Shown here: piece by piece, positions 9,141-18,483 of the stretch | How the letters are laid out: each line of letters begins with the position of its first letter | Position numbering within the stretch: the stretch's first letter is position 1 | From: an uncultured Nitrososphaerales archaeon | Lineage (GTDB): Archaea; Thermoproteota; Nitrososphaeria; Nitrososphaerales; Gagatemarchaeaceae | Reading direction: 5' to 3' | Assembly (NCBI GenBank): GCA_963706445.1 | Contig: OY970160.1 | Location: forward strand, 384,001 to 448,000 | Length of the DNA stretch: 64,000 nt | The notes under the pieces: generated by a model | The model's input: the letters and a program-made list of their open reading frames with translations, nothing else | Database searches by the model: none | What the model was told of the DNA's origin: nothing | Translations under genes and position numbers: made by a program

Positions 9141-10410
9141 GGTTCTGGGAACCTGTCGGTCGCTGGCCGCCAAGCCTACCTTCCCCCATCCGCTCTGAGG
9201 ATTGGAGCCGTCGTCGTCTCGTTCCCTTCATCGCTTCCCTTGAGGGGCCGCACCTGCGGAACCGCGCAGGCCATTATGTTCTTGCTTGCTAGGTCATCCC
9301 TATCCCATGTTTTATCGCACACTGGGCAGTACAGCTTCCTGTCCCCCAGCGGTACGACGCGGGAGCCGCAAAGGCAGTGTGAGGACGAACCTCTCGGATT
9401 AACGTACCAATCGGGAATGCCTACCCATCTTGCTTTGTAATCTATCTGCCTCTGGGTCTCTCCGAAGACCCAGGAGTTCATCCTCCCCCTGAATGCTGGT
9501 CCCTGTCCGTTTCCTTTCCGATACAGCTTCCTTATCCCTTCAGATTCTCCATCTTGATGCCGAGACGGTTCACTCTAGTTCACCTTGTAATTTACAATCG
9601 CCTGGGTGACTCCGTTTACCCGCTGCATGGTCCGATCCCTCTCGCGCCTTCCGTACTTGGCGAGGAGCTCCTTGCCTATCCTCCTGTCTCCCCGGGTCTT
9701 CTTTGCTATCCTAGCCCTGATTTCCCTGTACCTCTTCTTGATCTCGACCACCTCACCCAGCTCGTCGAACTTGTGCTCGGAGCCATCAGTGGCAGATGCG
9801 GTGACATTGCTTTCGTTGATGTCTACGCCGATGTATCCTACGGGTTCGACCATGTGGACCTCTTTGGAGAACGCTACGGTTACCGCGCGCTCCGTTACGG
9901 TGACCGAGCCGCTCTTCAAGCTGGGGTCGTCAATGAACGACGAGTGGTAGTCCGAGCCCTCAAGAGTAAGGAATACGAAGTGTCTTGGTGTTGTGGGGAT
10001 CCTCAGAAGGAGGTGGTTGAGCTGGTTGAGCTGGTAGAGCTGGTACGACTGGTTGTCGAGCTTGAGGGATGCCTTTCTGATGTAGGGGATTCTCTTCCTG
10101 TTCTTGTTCCTATAGACAGAATATGCCACCTCACAAGCAGAGAGAATGGAGTGTGTATGGAGGCCATATGCCTTTAGATGTGGGCAGGCGAGTTGGATCA
10201 GGCCGAACCTGTTCATGGGCTTTTCCTGGACTGCGATTCTAATGGTCCTATTACACATCAGACGGAAGTCCTCGAGGAGTGAGGAAAGCTCTTGCGAGGC
10301 TGTGTATCTGACGGAAACAAATTTCACTGCCCAAATTTTGTTCCGTGAGGCGGATTCGGCTTGCTTCGCAAGCATCCTCCGAAAGAACAGTTTCCCGGGC
10401 TAAAAGCCCA
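9141..10410 (-). mobile_element. Decayed IS200/IS605-family (TnpB-only, IS1341-like) element
   Basis: Contains a tnpB pseudogene and no tnpA. Hairpin GGGCTTTTAGCCC lies upstream of the start. The 3' region ends ...GATGGGGGAAGG...CCCAGAACC, like archaeal IS605 right ends. Boundaries are approximate. Confidence 0.75.
9176..10375 (-). pseudogene. tnpB: TnpB RNA-guided endonuclease, frameshifted
   Basis: RuvC-I YIGVDINE; RuvC-II KMENLK (out of frame near 9550); Zn finger CLCG...CPVC; RuvC-III DRDDLASKNI. Premature TAG at 9575-9577 after a GTGAAC duplication, and a second frameshift near 9535. Confidence 0.9.
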
Positions 10411-10541
10411 GGCATAGTCGGGACCAAAGGCGGAGGGGAGATCTCTGAAAGTGTCAGGCGCATCTGAAGACAGAGAAAAAGTCAACGACCGAACAACGAC
10501 TTATAACGGGGTCGGAAAGGGCGAGTCTGGGAGATTTACAG

Positions 10542-10928
10542 ATGACCCCAGACAAGAAGCCCTACTACATCAAGTTCGAGACCCCCAAGGAGGTCTCAGA
10601 AGCCGCCTACGAGGTACTCAGGCAGGCCTCGCGGACTGGCAAGGTCCGCAAGGGGACCAACGAAACGACGAAGGCCATCGAAAGGGGACTTGCGAAGCTC
10701 GTGGTGATAGCCGAGGACGTCGTGCCCCCGGAGGTTGTCGCCCATCTGCCCATCCTCTGTGACGAGAGGAAGATACCATATGTCTTCGTGCCTTCGAAGG
10801 ACCAGATAGGGCCCGCCATCGGCATCGACGTCTCGACAGCTGCGGCTGCGGTGCTTGAAGCCGGCGAGGGCTCCCAGATCCTCGACCAGGTCACCCAAGA
10901 GCTTTCGAGGCTGAAGAAGCCAGCATGA
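10542..10928 (+). CDS. rpl7ae: 50S ribosomal protein L7Ae
   Basis: [32 protein letters not shown]. Confidence 0.98.
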   Translation: MTPDKKPYYIKFETPKEVSEAAYEVLRQASRTGKVRKGTNETTKAIERGLAKLVVIAEDVVPPEVVAHLPILCDERKIPYVFVPSKDQIGPAIGIDVSTAAAAVLEAGEGSQILDQVTQELSRLKKPA

Positions 10929-11143
10929 GCAGCAAGAGAGAAGCTGAGACACTAACCCCGTCGGAAGTGGTGCAGATTGTGGGGAGGACAGGAGTAGCCG
11001 GCGAAATAACCCAAGTCAGGGTCAAAATCCTAGAAGGGAAGGAAAAAGGGCGTATTTTGACCAGAAACGTCAAAGGACCGATTAGATTGGCAGACGTGCT
11101 CGTTTTAAGAGAAACTGAGCGAGAAGCGAGAAAGCTCAAATAG
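10925..11143 (+). CDS. rps28e: 30S ribosomal protein S28e
   Basis: [33 protein letters not shown]. Confidence 0.97.
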   Translation: MSSKREAETLTPSEVVQIVGRTGVAGEITQVRVKILEGKEKGRILTRNVKGPIRLADVLVLRETEREARKLK

Positions 11144-11200
11144 AGCTTATTTTCCCATTCAAAGTTCTAATCAGCCTTATATCCTTTAAATGAGGCGCAG

Positions 11201-11938
11201 TCAATCCCTTAGTTCAATGACTAGTTCGAAACTGGCGAGTCTTCGGGTTGAGAAGAGTAGGTCGAAAGCAAAACCCTCGCTCTCTCTCTTGTCGGGGTGC
11301 CATAAGAGTCGTCCAACTTGGTCCAGCCATTTCCTATTCGCACCAGAAAGGATTTCGATCAAGTAGCTATTCTTTCTAGTCACTATTTCTATGCCCCTCA
11401 GAGAATGTCTTCACCCTCGCCTGCTTGCCAGCCGGGTCCGAACAGAGGTTGGCTCCAAGCGGATCTTGTTGACGAGCGATAATCTGGCGATTCCAAGTAG
11501 GCGTCTGTCACTATTGATTACTGCGAAAATGCGACCATGGGGAGATTCGATGGGCTCTGGCAGGACTAAACTACTTTCCGCGTCACTTAATCCGCCTTGA
11601 AAATCGGCCGCGATACGACCTTCCATCGCAATCGAGTGGATTGAATCATATTTTGGCTGCATGGAGTCATCGAACAACGCTCTACGCACCAAAGTCGAGT
11701 TCAGGACAATGTTGTGCTGTAGGTTGTCAGACAAGTTTCAGGGTCGGACGTATTCACGAGACGTTCCACCACATTCCTTTGCAATCTGCTGAACTATGCC
11801 CACGAGCTTGTCGGCGAAAACCGGATTGGCTGTAACGACCCTTACCTCACCCCATGCGGGGTACCCATCGCCGTATGCGAGGCCCGCGAAATGTGCAAGT
11901 TCGGAGTCGACGACTACGGTATGTGCGGTTCCCCACAA
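11201..11938 (-). pseudogene. Two-motif LAGLIDADG endonuclease-like reading frame broken by two in-frame TGA codons
   Basis: ORFs 11738-11938, 11411-11734 and 11201-11383 share one frame (246 codons). Motif 1 LAHFAGLAYGDGY, motif 2 ADFQGGLSDAESS, then INSDRRLL and YLIEI as in intein-type endonucleases. Confidence 0.75.
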
Positions 11939-12050
11939 GGACGATTGTAACTCACGAACCGCGAAACATTAGGCGGGCCTTCGCACTCTAGCACCCACTA
12001 TCCACTTACTATCTTTTCGCAGGAGCCTAGAGATGCTATTCCCAACGAGC

Positions 12051-12062
12051 CCTTTATATCCC
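12051..12062 (+). promoter_or_regulatory. Putative TATA box for rpl24e-ndk-infB
   Basis: CCTTTATATCCC ~45-55 nt upstream of the rpl24e ATG, followed by SD-like GGGGTG. Confidence 0.5.
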
Positions 12063-12105
12063 AAGTTCCAAAAGCCCACGAATGAAAGGGGTGCGGTAGT
12101 CTGAG

Positions 12106-12288
12106 ATGTATGTTCCAAAGAAATGCGCGTTCTGTGGGAAGGAAGTCAGACTCGGCTCCGGCATCCTGTTCGTGAAGAACGACGGGTCTACGCGTTCCTA
12201 CTGCTCCTCAAAGTGCAAGACCAACGAGCTGAAGCTGGGTCGCGATCCGAGGAAGCTGAAATGGGCGCGGGGGACTAACAGGAAATGA
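12106..12288 (+). CDS. rpl24e: 50S ribosomal protein L24e
   Basis: CAFCG...G.GILFVKNDG...YCSSKC...RDPRKLKWA. Confidence 0.96.
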   Translation: MYVPKKCAFCGKEVRLGSGILFVKNDGSTRSYCSSKCKTNELKLGRDPRKLKWARGTNRK

Positions 12289-12707
12289 GTTCGACCTCCG
12301 AAGAGACGCTGATCGTCGTAAAGCCGGACGGTGTCAAGAGGGGGCTCGTCGGAGAGATAGTCGGCAGGTTCGAGCGGAAGGGGTTCGTGATCAAGCGGCT
12401 CCAGATGCAGACGATGTCGAGGTCAATGGCAGAGGAGTTCTATTCTGTCCATAAGGACAAGCCGTTCTTCGGCGAACTGGTGTCGTTCATCACCTCGGGC
12501 CCGGTCGTGGGCGTTACACTTTCGGGGAGAGACGCGGTCGCCACAGTAAGGAGAATGGTCGGCGTGACAAAGAGCTGGGAGGCGGCCCCGGGGACCATAA
12601 GGGGGGACTTTGGCCTTGGTTACACAGACAATATGATCCACGCGTCCGATTCGGCCGAGAGCTTTACAAAGGAGAGCGGGGTCTTCTTCGCCAAGACGAG
12701 AGGGTGA
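12285..12707 (+). CDS. ndk: Nucleoside diphosphate kinase
   Basis: VKPDGVKRGLVGEI, PGTIRGDF, NMIHASDS. Confidence 0.97.
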   Translation: MSSTSEETLIVVKPDGVKRGLVGEIVGRFERKGFVIKRLQMQTMSRSMAEEFYSVHKDKPFFGELVSFITSGPVVGVTLSGRDAVATVRRMVGVTKSWEAAPGTIRGDFGLGYTDNMIHASDSAESFTKESGVFFAKTRG

Positions 12708-12733
12708 GGGCGTCATAAGGAGCTGGGAGCAAC

Positions 12734-14524
12734 TTGTCAGAACCAAGCGGACGGATGAGACAGCCGGTAGTAGTTATTCTCGGACACGTCGATAGTGGAA
12801 AGACCTCCCTCGCAGACGCATTAAGGGGCACCGGGGTACAGGCACGCGAAGTAGGCGGCATCACACAGGAGATCGGCGCAAGCTTCTTCCCGATGGAGAC
12901 CCTGAAGGAAATCTGCGGCCCGCTCCTCGACAGGGCAGGAGGGGAGCTTCAGATACCCGGGCTTCTGATGATAGACACCCCGGGGCACGCGGTCTTCTCC
13001 AACCTCAGGCTCAGAGGGGGCTCGGCTGCTGACATCGCGATACTCGTGGTGGACGTGCTCAAGGGGCTTGAGAATCAGACCCTGGAGAGCATCGACATAC
13101 TCAAGCAGCGCCACGTCCCGTTCCTGGTGGCGCTCAACAAGATCGATATGATCAACGGGTGGCGCAAGGGGAGCAAAGGACCCCTCCCGCAGGTGATGAA
13201 GGAGCAGCTCCCCCAGTGGAACGACGAACTCGAGGAGAGGCTCTACAACGTGGTGGGAGGGCTTACGCGCCTCGGCTTCCAGTCGGACGCGTACTACCGG
13301 GTCAAGGACTTCCGCCAGCAGGTGTCCATCGTCCCAGTGTCAGCCCGAGCTCCCGTCGGGATGCCGGAGATGCTCGCGATGCTGATAGGCCTTGCCCAGC
13401 AGTTCCTCAAGGGCAAGCTCGTGATGGATGGTGCGAAGGGAGGGAGGGGGATAATCCTGGAGATGCAGGAAGAAGTAGGCATCGGGGAGACCGCCAACGT
13501 CATCCTCACCGAGGGGTCCATCAACGTCGGGGATTCCATAAGCCTAGTAAGAAAGGACGGTGCATTCAAGTCGAAGGTGAAGGCCCTTTTCATGCCGAAG
13601 GCCCTCGACGAAATGCGGGACCCCAGGGACAAGTTCACCCCCGTCGACTCCGTCTATGCCGCGGCAGGAGTCAAGTTGGTGTCTCCCGACCTGGTTGGGG
13701 TCGTCCCGGGGACCTCGGTGGCCACCTTCAAAACAGACAAGCAGTTCCAGCAGCTCAAGGACGAGATGGAGAAGGAACTCTCCAACATCGTCGTCAAGAC
13801 GGACAACATGGGGGTCATAGTGAAGGCCGGGAGCATCGGGGGGCTCGAGGCCCTGCTCAGGATGCTCGAGGAGCGCGGCATCCCCGTGCGCCAGGCGGAC
13901 ATCGGGGACATATCGAAGAACGACATCATAGACGCCCAGGTGGTTGGGGACCACGACCCATTCCTCGGGGCGATCCTCGGGTTCGATTCGAAGGTCCTCC
14001 CGGAGGCGAAGGAATACGTCGGGGTCGGGCCGATCTTCGTCTCGGCGATCATATACGAGGTCCTCGACAACTACGTGAACTGGGCGGAGGCCAAGAGAGA
14101 GTCAGACGAGAAGGCGGCTCTTTCGAGTCTTACCCGCCCGTGCAAGCTCAAGGTGATACCGGGGGCGTTCTTCAGGAACAGGGACCCCGCGGTCTTCGGG
14201 GTGGACGTGGTCGTCGGGAGGCTGAAGCCAAAGATCAAGCTGATGTCCGTCGAGGGGGTCGAGTTGGGGACCGTCGAGCAGGTCCAGGACCAGGGGAAGG
14301 CCCTGACAGAAGCGCGCGAGGGGGACAAGGTTGCCATCTCTGTTGACGGCCCGACACTGGGGCGCCAGGTGAGGGAGAACGACACCATCTACACCATGCC
14401 CAGAAGTCACGAGGCAAAACTGCTGCGGACGAAGCTCGCTGGCTCCCTGACCGAGAAGGAGCGGGAGGTCCTTGATGAGATAGTCAGGATAAAGTCGGCG
14501 TCCGACCCACTGTTTGGTTTCTAG
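12734..14524 (+). CDS. infB: Translation initiation factor aIF5B / IF-2
   Basis: RQPVVVILGHVDSGKTS, GGITQEIG, DTPGH, NKID; alternative start ATG 12755. Confidence 0.97.
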   Translation: MSEPSGRMRQPVVVILGHVDSGKTSLADALRGTGVQAREVGGITQEIGASFFPMETLKEICGPLLDRAGGELQIPGLLMIDTPGHAVFSNLRLRGGSAADIAILVVDVLKGLENQTLESIDILKQRHVPFLVALNKIDMINGWRKGSKGPLPQVMKEQLPQWNDELEERLYNVVGGLTRLGFQSDAYYRVKDFRQQVSIVPVSARAPVGMPEMLAMLIGLAQQFLKGKLVMDGAKGGRGIILEMQEEVGIGETANVILTEGSINVGDSISLVRKDGAFKSKVKALFMPKALDEMRDPRDKFTPVDSVYAAAGVKLVSPDLVGVVPGTSVATFKTDKQFQQLKDEMEKELSNIVVKTDNMGVIVKAGSIGGLEALLRMLEERGIPVRQADIGDISKNDIIDAQVVGDHDPFLGAILGFDSKVLPEAKEYVGVGPIFVSAIIYEVLDNYVNWAEAKRESDEKAALSSLTRPCKLKVIPGAFFRNRDPAVFGVDVVVGRLKPKIKLMSVEGVELGTVEQVQDQGKALTEAREGDKVAISVDGPTLGRQVRENDTIYTMPRSHEAKLLRTKLAGSLTEKEREVLDEIVRIKSASDPLFGF

Positions 14525-14557
14525 GTTTATTTACCCGCTGGATTCGGAGCCGCCTGA

Positions 14558-14917
14558 ATGGTCAGCTTCAAGCTCGTCCTATCAGACCCCGCGACCGGTA
14601 AGTCCGAGGCGTCTGAGGTCAAGGACGCGAACGCCCAGCAGCTCATGGGGCGGAAGATCGGCGAAGTCCTCGACGGGACAGCCATCGGCCTGACGGGTAA
14701 GATCATGATAACAGGTGGAAGCGACAAGGCGGGCTTCCCCATGCGCCACGACACCCAGGGCGGGGGGAAGAACTACGTCCTCCTCACAAAGGGGGTCGGG
14801 TACAAGACGCACGAAGAGGGGAGGAAGAAGCGGAGACTCGTCCGCGGCAATACGATCACAGAAGAAACGTATCAGATCAACGGCAAGCGCGTCGTCGAAC
14901 CGGCCAAGACCAGCTAG
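14558..14917 (+). CDS. rps6e: 30S ribosomal protein S6e
   Basis: FKLVLSDP, ITGGSDKAGFPM, RRLVRGNTI. Confidence 0.96.
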   Translation: MVSFKLVLSDPATGKSEASEVKDANAQQLMGRKIGEVLDGTAIGLTGKIMITGGSDKAGFPMRHDTQGGGKNYVLLTKGVGYKTHEEGRKKRRLVRGNTITEETYQINGKRVVEPAKTS

Positions 14918-14951
14918 ATTTTTCTGAAACCCCAAAGCTTTCCCAAATTCA

Positions 14952-14968
14952 TCAGGGAGATTCCCTGA
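14952..14968. promoter_or_regulatory. Perfect 7-3-7 palindrome upstream of Lrp gene (candidate operator)
   Basis: TCAGGGA-GAT-TCCCTGA about 45 nt before the Lrp start. Confidence 0.45.
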
Positions 14969-15013
14969 AAAGTAGAAATATCTCGCGGAGGCTCTAGATG
15001 ATAGGAACCTGAT

Positions 15014-15472
15014 TTGGCCAGACTGGACGACCTTGACATGAAGATTCTCTCTTCCCTTTATGCCGACGCTTCTGTCTCGGTCCCTAAGCTGAGCAAGGAG
15101 ATGGGGGTGAACCTCTCCGTCATGTACAGCCGGATAAAGCGGCTCCAGAAGAGGGGGGTCATCGAGAAGTTCACGGTCCTCGTGAACGAAGACAACCTTG
15201 GCATGAGAGCCGGGGCCTTGGCGGGGCTCACCATCGACCCCAAGCAGAGGGAGACGGTACTGAAGGAGGTGGAAAAGGTCGAGGGGGTCCGCCTGATCCG
15301 CGAGGTGACCGGGCGCTTCGACATCATTGTCAACTTGAAGGGCCAGTCCCTGGACGAACTGCACAGGGCAGTCTACGACATCATCGGCAAGATATCCGGC
15401 GTGATGCAGACCGAGATTTTCATGGAGGTCTCACGGAGGAACCCGCCTGTGAACTTCAAACTCGTCGAGTAG
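15014..15472 (+). CDS. Lrp/AsnC family transcriptional regulator
   Basis: LDDLDMKIL...RIKRLQKRGVIEKF HTH and VTGRFDI RAM domain. Confidence 0.93.
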   Translation: MARLDDLDMKILSSLYADASVSVPKLSKEMGVNLSVMYSRIKRLQKRGVIEKFTVLVNEDNLGMRAGALAGLTIDPKQRETVLKEVEKVEGVRLIREVTGRFDIIVNLKGQSLDELHRAVYDIIGKISGVMQTEIFMEVSRRNPPVNFKLVE

Positions 15473-15513
15473 CCGCTAACACTCAATAAGACCCTAGGAC
15501 GGTCGCCAAATCC

Positions 15514-16197
15514 GTGGACCCGCTCATTCTACTAGACCAGGCCGTAGCCCAGGAGAAGATCCCGAGGGCGATCGCAAAGAAGGTCCGGATGAGGCTCCAC
15601 TACGTCCAGGGCGCGGTCAACCGGGTCGAGAAAGCAAGCGGGATCAAGTATCCCCCATACTACGTCGAGCCTGTCCTTCCCGTGTCGAGGGGAGGGGGGA
15701 GTTACGGTCAGATGGGAGTACTCTTCGCCAGGGTCATCCCCACGACGGCAACGGGGGGCGTCGTGATCCTCGTGCAGTTCACTGCTGCCCTGGTGCTCTA
15801 CGGGACCAAGGCCACCATCGAGGCCGTCGCCGCCCACGAGTTCACCCACTACATCGATCTGGTCAGGAAGCTCAGTACCACCGACATTGTCAGCGACGAG
15901 GCTGCCACTACTCTCTACGAGGCTTCGTTCGCCGACGCCGAGCGGACGGTGCCCCCCAAGCTGATTTTCGCGGATAAGGCCCTCGTAGCCCTGGTCAGCC
16001 GGAAGTTCAAGAACGACCTCACGGACCCCGCGTTGAACAAGAAAGTGGGGAACTTGTGGATAGCGAAGAACCTCCCCATCCGGGAGGTGGGGTTGGAGGA
16101 GAACCGCGTGCGCTTGCAGATGAAAATCGTGGCGGGGACGAGGTTCGACCCCGCGGTCCTCTCCAAAGTGGCTGAGCTCCAGAAGGCCGCCAGTTGA
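15514..16197 (+). CDS. Hypothetical protein with HExxH (zincin-like) motif
   Basis: EAVAAHEFTHY; host-like codon usage; overlaps the start of the next gene. Confidence 0.75.
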   Translation: MDPLILLDQAVAQEKIPRAIAKKVRMRLHYVQGAVNRVEKASGIKYPPYYVEPVLPVSRGGGSYGQMGVLFARVIPTTATGGVVILVQFTAALVLYGTKATIEAVAAHEFTHYIDLVRKLSTTDIVSDEAATTLYEASFADAERTVPPKLIFADKALVALVSRKFKNDLTDPALNKKVGNLWIAKNLPIREVGLEENRVRLQMKIVAGTRFDPAVLSKVAELQKAAS

Positions 16198-17819
16198 GAC
16201 TATCCGAGGACGAGCGGACGACCATCAGCAGCATCGCGTCTACTCTCGTTGAACCGCAGAAGATCTCTGCCATCGCCGGGTACGGGTCCAAGGTCGCGGG
16301 GTATGCTCGTTCAGATTCAGACTACGACATCATCGTGGTGGCCAAGCGGTTCCGCGAGGGGGTCCGGTACAAGTACATCGATGCTCCCGTGGCTGCTTCC
16401 GCCCTCGTCGTGGACGAAGGTATGCTCATGCAGGACGCCCGGTCTTCCTACCTGGGGGAGTTCGTAGTGGGCCGGCTCCTCAACGTCTACGAGCCGATCC
16501 TGAACGGGGACCTGTTCAAATCGGCAGAGCTGGAGTATAAAAAGCGGGTGATAATCGAAACACTCCTGGAGCTGTCATCGGACTACGGCGAATTCGGAAG
16601 CCACCTCCTGGTCCCCTACGAGTATTTCCTTTTCGACAAGCTCCACAAGAGGGCTGCCATCTATCCCCCTGCCACCTATAGCTACGTGAACACCTACACC
16701 TGCCCGAAGGGGGACGAGAACAGGGCGATCTCCGTAGAGGGCTTCGCCGCTGCGGCGGCCTCACTCCAGCCCAAGGGATTCCTCGAAGCCCGCCCCGAAG
16801 GAGTGAAGATGGCGCCAAGGAAGCTGAAGGCTGACGCCTTCACCCAGGTCCAGTCGCTGTTCGACCTCACGACGCGGGGTGTGACCCAGTATGCGGTCCA
16901 CGGCTACGCCGGCAGGGTGGGGCCCGGGGTGTTCAGCAGGGAAGCGCTTTCAAAGCTCAGAAGGATGAGAGAAGCCCCTCTGGCATTCCTCCCGCTGGAA
17001 AGGCCGAGGTCCCTCCTCAGGTTGGAGAAAGGTGCCTTCGTCCCTGACGCGTCCCTGATTACTGAAGAGCTTGCCAGACTGCTGGGGTTCGAGAGATACT
17101 CCACCCAGGAGAAGGACATCGGTGAGCCCTACTCTACAACGAGGGTCCTGACATTCACTGACTCGTTGAAGTCAAGTTCGGTGGTGGTGAAGAACTATAC
17201 TGACGTGAGGTCCCTGAAGTGGGCCCTCCTCGGGATCTGGGCATCGACGGCCAACAAGTTCAGCACCGCCCCGGTCTCTCGGATGGAAAGGGAGTACGGG
17301 ATGACCCTTGCGCTGGGGGACATGGGGATGCAAGTCCCGTCCGTGATCGCTGTCGCCCCGGCCGAAAGGATACTTGTGAAGGAGTTCATCGGCGGGCCGA
17401 CGCTTTCGAGTATGATCAACGGCATGCTGAAGGGGTCCACCGAGGGGTCAGAGCAGGTCTCGGCCTACGGCGGCATCATGGCCAAGGTCCACGCCAAGGA
17501 CATCGCCCTCGGAGACACCAAGCCCAGCAATGTCATCGTCTCGGGCCAGGGGCTGTACCTGACTGACCTCGAGCAGGCCTTCCGGGGCGGGGACCAGGCC
17601 TGGGACATCGCCGAGTTCCTGTTCTATACGGCTAAGCTCTCCAACAGGGAGGATGCCATGAAGAGGGTGGCCATCCTGTTCCTCGAAGAATACGTCAAGA
17701 CGGGAGACCGGGCGAGGGTGGAAAGAGCAAGAGGTCAGAAGTACTTCGGGCCGTTCCGGCCCTTTCTTACGCCAGGGATGGCGAAGATGCTCAGGGACCT
17801 GCTCTCGTCCTACGCCTGA
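16194..17819 (+). CDS. Nucleotidyltransferase (pol-beta/MNT) fused to RIO/Bud32/Kdo-like kinase
   Basis: N-terminal [20 protein letters not shown] (GS-x-DxD). C-terminal [15 protein letters not shown] and TDLEQA kinase motifs. Confidence 0.85.
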   Translation: MRLSEDERTTISSIASTLVEPQKISAIAGYGSKVAGYARSDSDYDIIVVAKRFREGVRYKYIDAPVAASALVVDEGMLMQDARSSYLGEFVVGRLLNVYEPILNGDLFKSAELEYKKRVIIETLLELSSDYGEFGSHLLVPYEYFLFDKLHKRAAIYPPATYSYVNTYTCPKGDENRAISVEGFAAAAASLQPKGFLEARPEGVKMAPRKLKADAFTQVQSLFDLTTRGVTQYAVHGYAGRVGPGVFSREALSKLRRMREAPLAFLPLERPRSLLRLEKGAFVPDASLITEELARLLGFERYSTQEKDIGEPYSTTRVLTFTDSLKSSSVVVKNYTDVRSLKWALLGIWASTANKFSTAPVSRMEREYGMTLALGDMGMQVPSVIAVAPAERILVKEFIGGPTLSSMINGMLKGSTEGSEQVSAYGGIMAKVHAKDIALGDTKPSNVIVSGQGLYLTDLEQAFRGGDQAWDIAEFLFYTAKLSNREDAMKRVAILFLEEYVKTGDRARVERARGQKYFGPFRPFLTPGMAKMLRDLLSSYA

Positions 17820-18094
17820 GTCTTCTGGATGTACGTCGTGTACCCGCAGTGCCCGCAGGTCAGCCTGTTCCCGTGCTGGGCCATGAAGTACCCCTTCCCG
17901 CACCTCGGGCACTCCTTCCTCAACCTCGTCAGGGACTCCCCGTCGACCTTGTAGAGCTTGTAGACCTGTATCCTTCTCTTGGGGGCCTTCGGCTTCACCT
18001 TCTTCTCTGGCTTCTTTTCCTCGACCGGGGCCGCCGGTTCAGGGGTTGGCGCTGGCGCAGGAGCTGGTGCCGCAGGCGCGGGCTTCTTCGACAT
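17810..18094 (-). CDS. rps27ae: 30S ribosomal protein S27ae with Ala/Pro/Lys-rich N-extension
   Basis: [25 protein letters not shown]. Confidence 0.96.
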   Translation of the reverse strand: MSKKPAPAAPAPAPAPTPEPAAPVEEKKPEKKVKPKAPKRRIQVYKLYKVDGESLTRLRKECPRCGKGYFMAQHGNRLTCGHCGYTTYIQKTQA

Positions 18095-18096
18095 GC

Positions 18097-18444
18097 CTAC
18101 TTCTTCTTCGCCTCAGGCGCTGGCGCCGGTGCAGCTGCCTTCTTTCTTTCCTGCTTGAGCTTATCCCTCTCCTCCTTGGTAAGCAACCTCTCCGCAAGGT
18201 ATCTCGGCTCGACCTTCTTCTTTGATTCAGCAGAGCCGTAGACGTAGAACTTCCCGACCGCCTTTGTCGTCCCTGACTGCCCGTCCATCCGGATCAGCGC
18301 AACGTTCTCCGCCGGGACCCCCATTACCTGGGCCACCGAGGCGATTACCTCCTTCCTGGTCAGCTTCCCCGCCTTTCCGTCGACCGTCATCTCTACGTAG
18401 GACCTGTCGAGGACCTTCGACTCGGACTTCTTCTCCACCTGCAA
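18097..18444 (-). CDS. rps24e: 30S ribosomal protein S24e
   Basis: LDR...TRKEV...G...VY...EPRYL; synteny between DUF359 and rps27ae. Confidence 0.88.
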   Translation of the reverse strand: MQVEKKSESKVLDRSYVEMTVDGKAGKLTRKEVIASVAQVMGVPAENVALIRMDGQSGTTKAVGKFYVYGSAESKKKVEPRYLAERLLTKEERDKLKQERKKAAAPAPAPEAKKK

Positions 18445-18483
18445 GTTGGGCGACCCGATTTCTTCGAGGATATTAAGTTGAAG

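Noticed and set aside
9060-9146. GGTTCT recurring at 9099 and 9141 (and TTTCTG at 9061) beside tnpB, suggesting a proto-CRISPR array
   Set aside because: Only 5-6 nt match; expected by chance; no real direct repeats.
11411-11740. Selenocysteine reading of the in-frame TGA codons
   Set aside because: Contexts are not Cys/redox motifs, no SECIS is evident, and TGA is a normal stop for many host genes here.
13159-14346. Long alternative-frame and antisense ORFs (e.g. 13159-14346, 21274-22356, 57536-58819)
   Set aside because: Shadow ORFs produced by high GC3 in real genes; low-complexity R/G/P translations without motifs.
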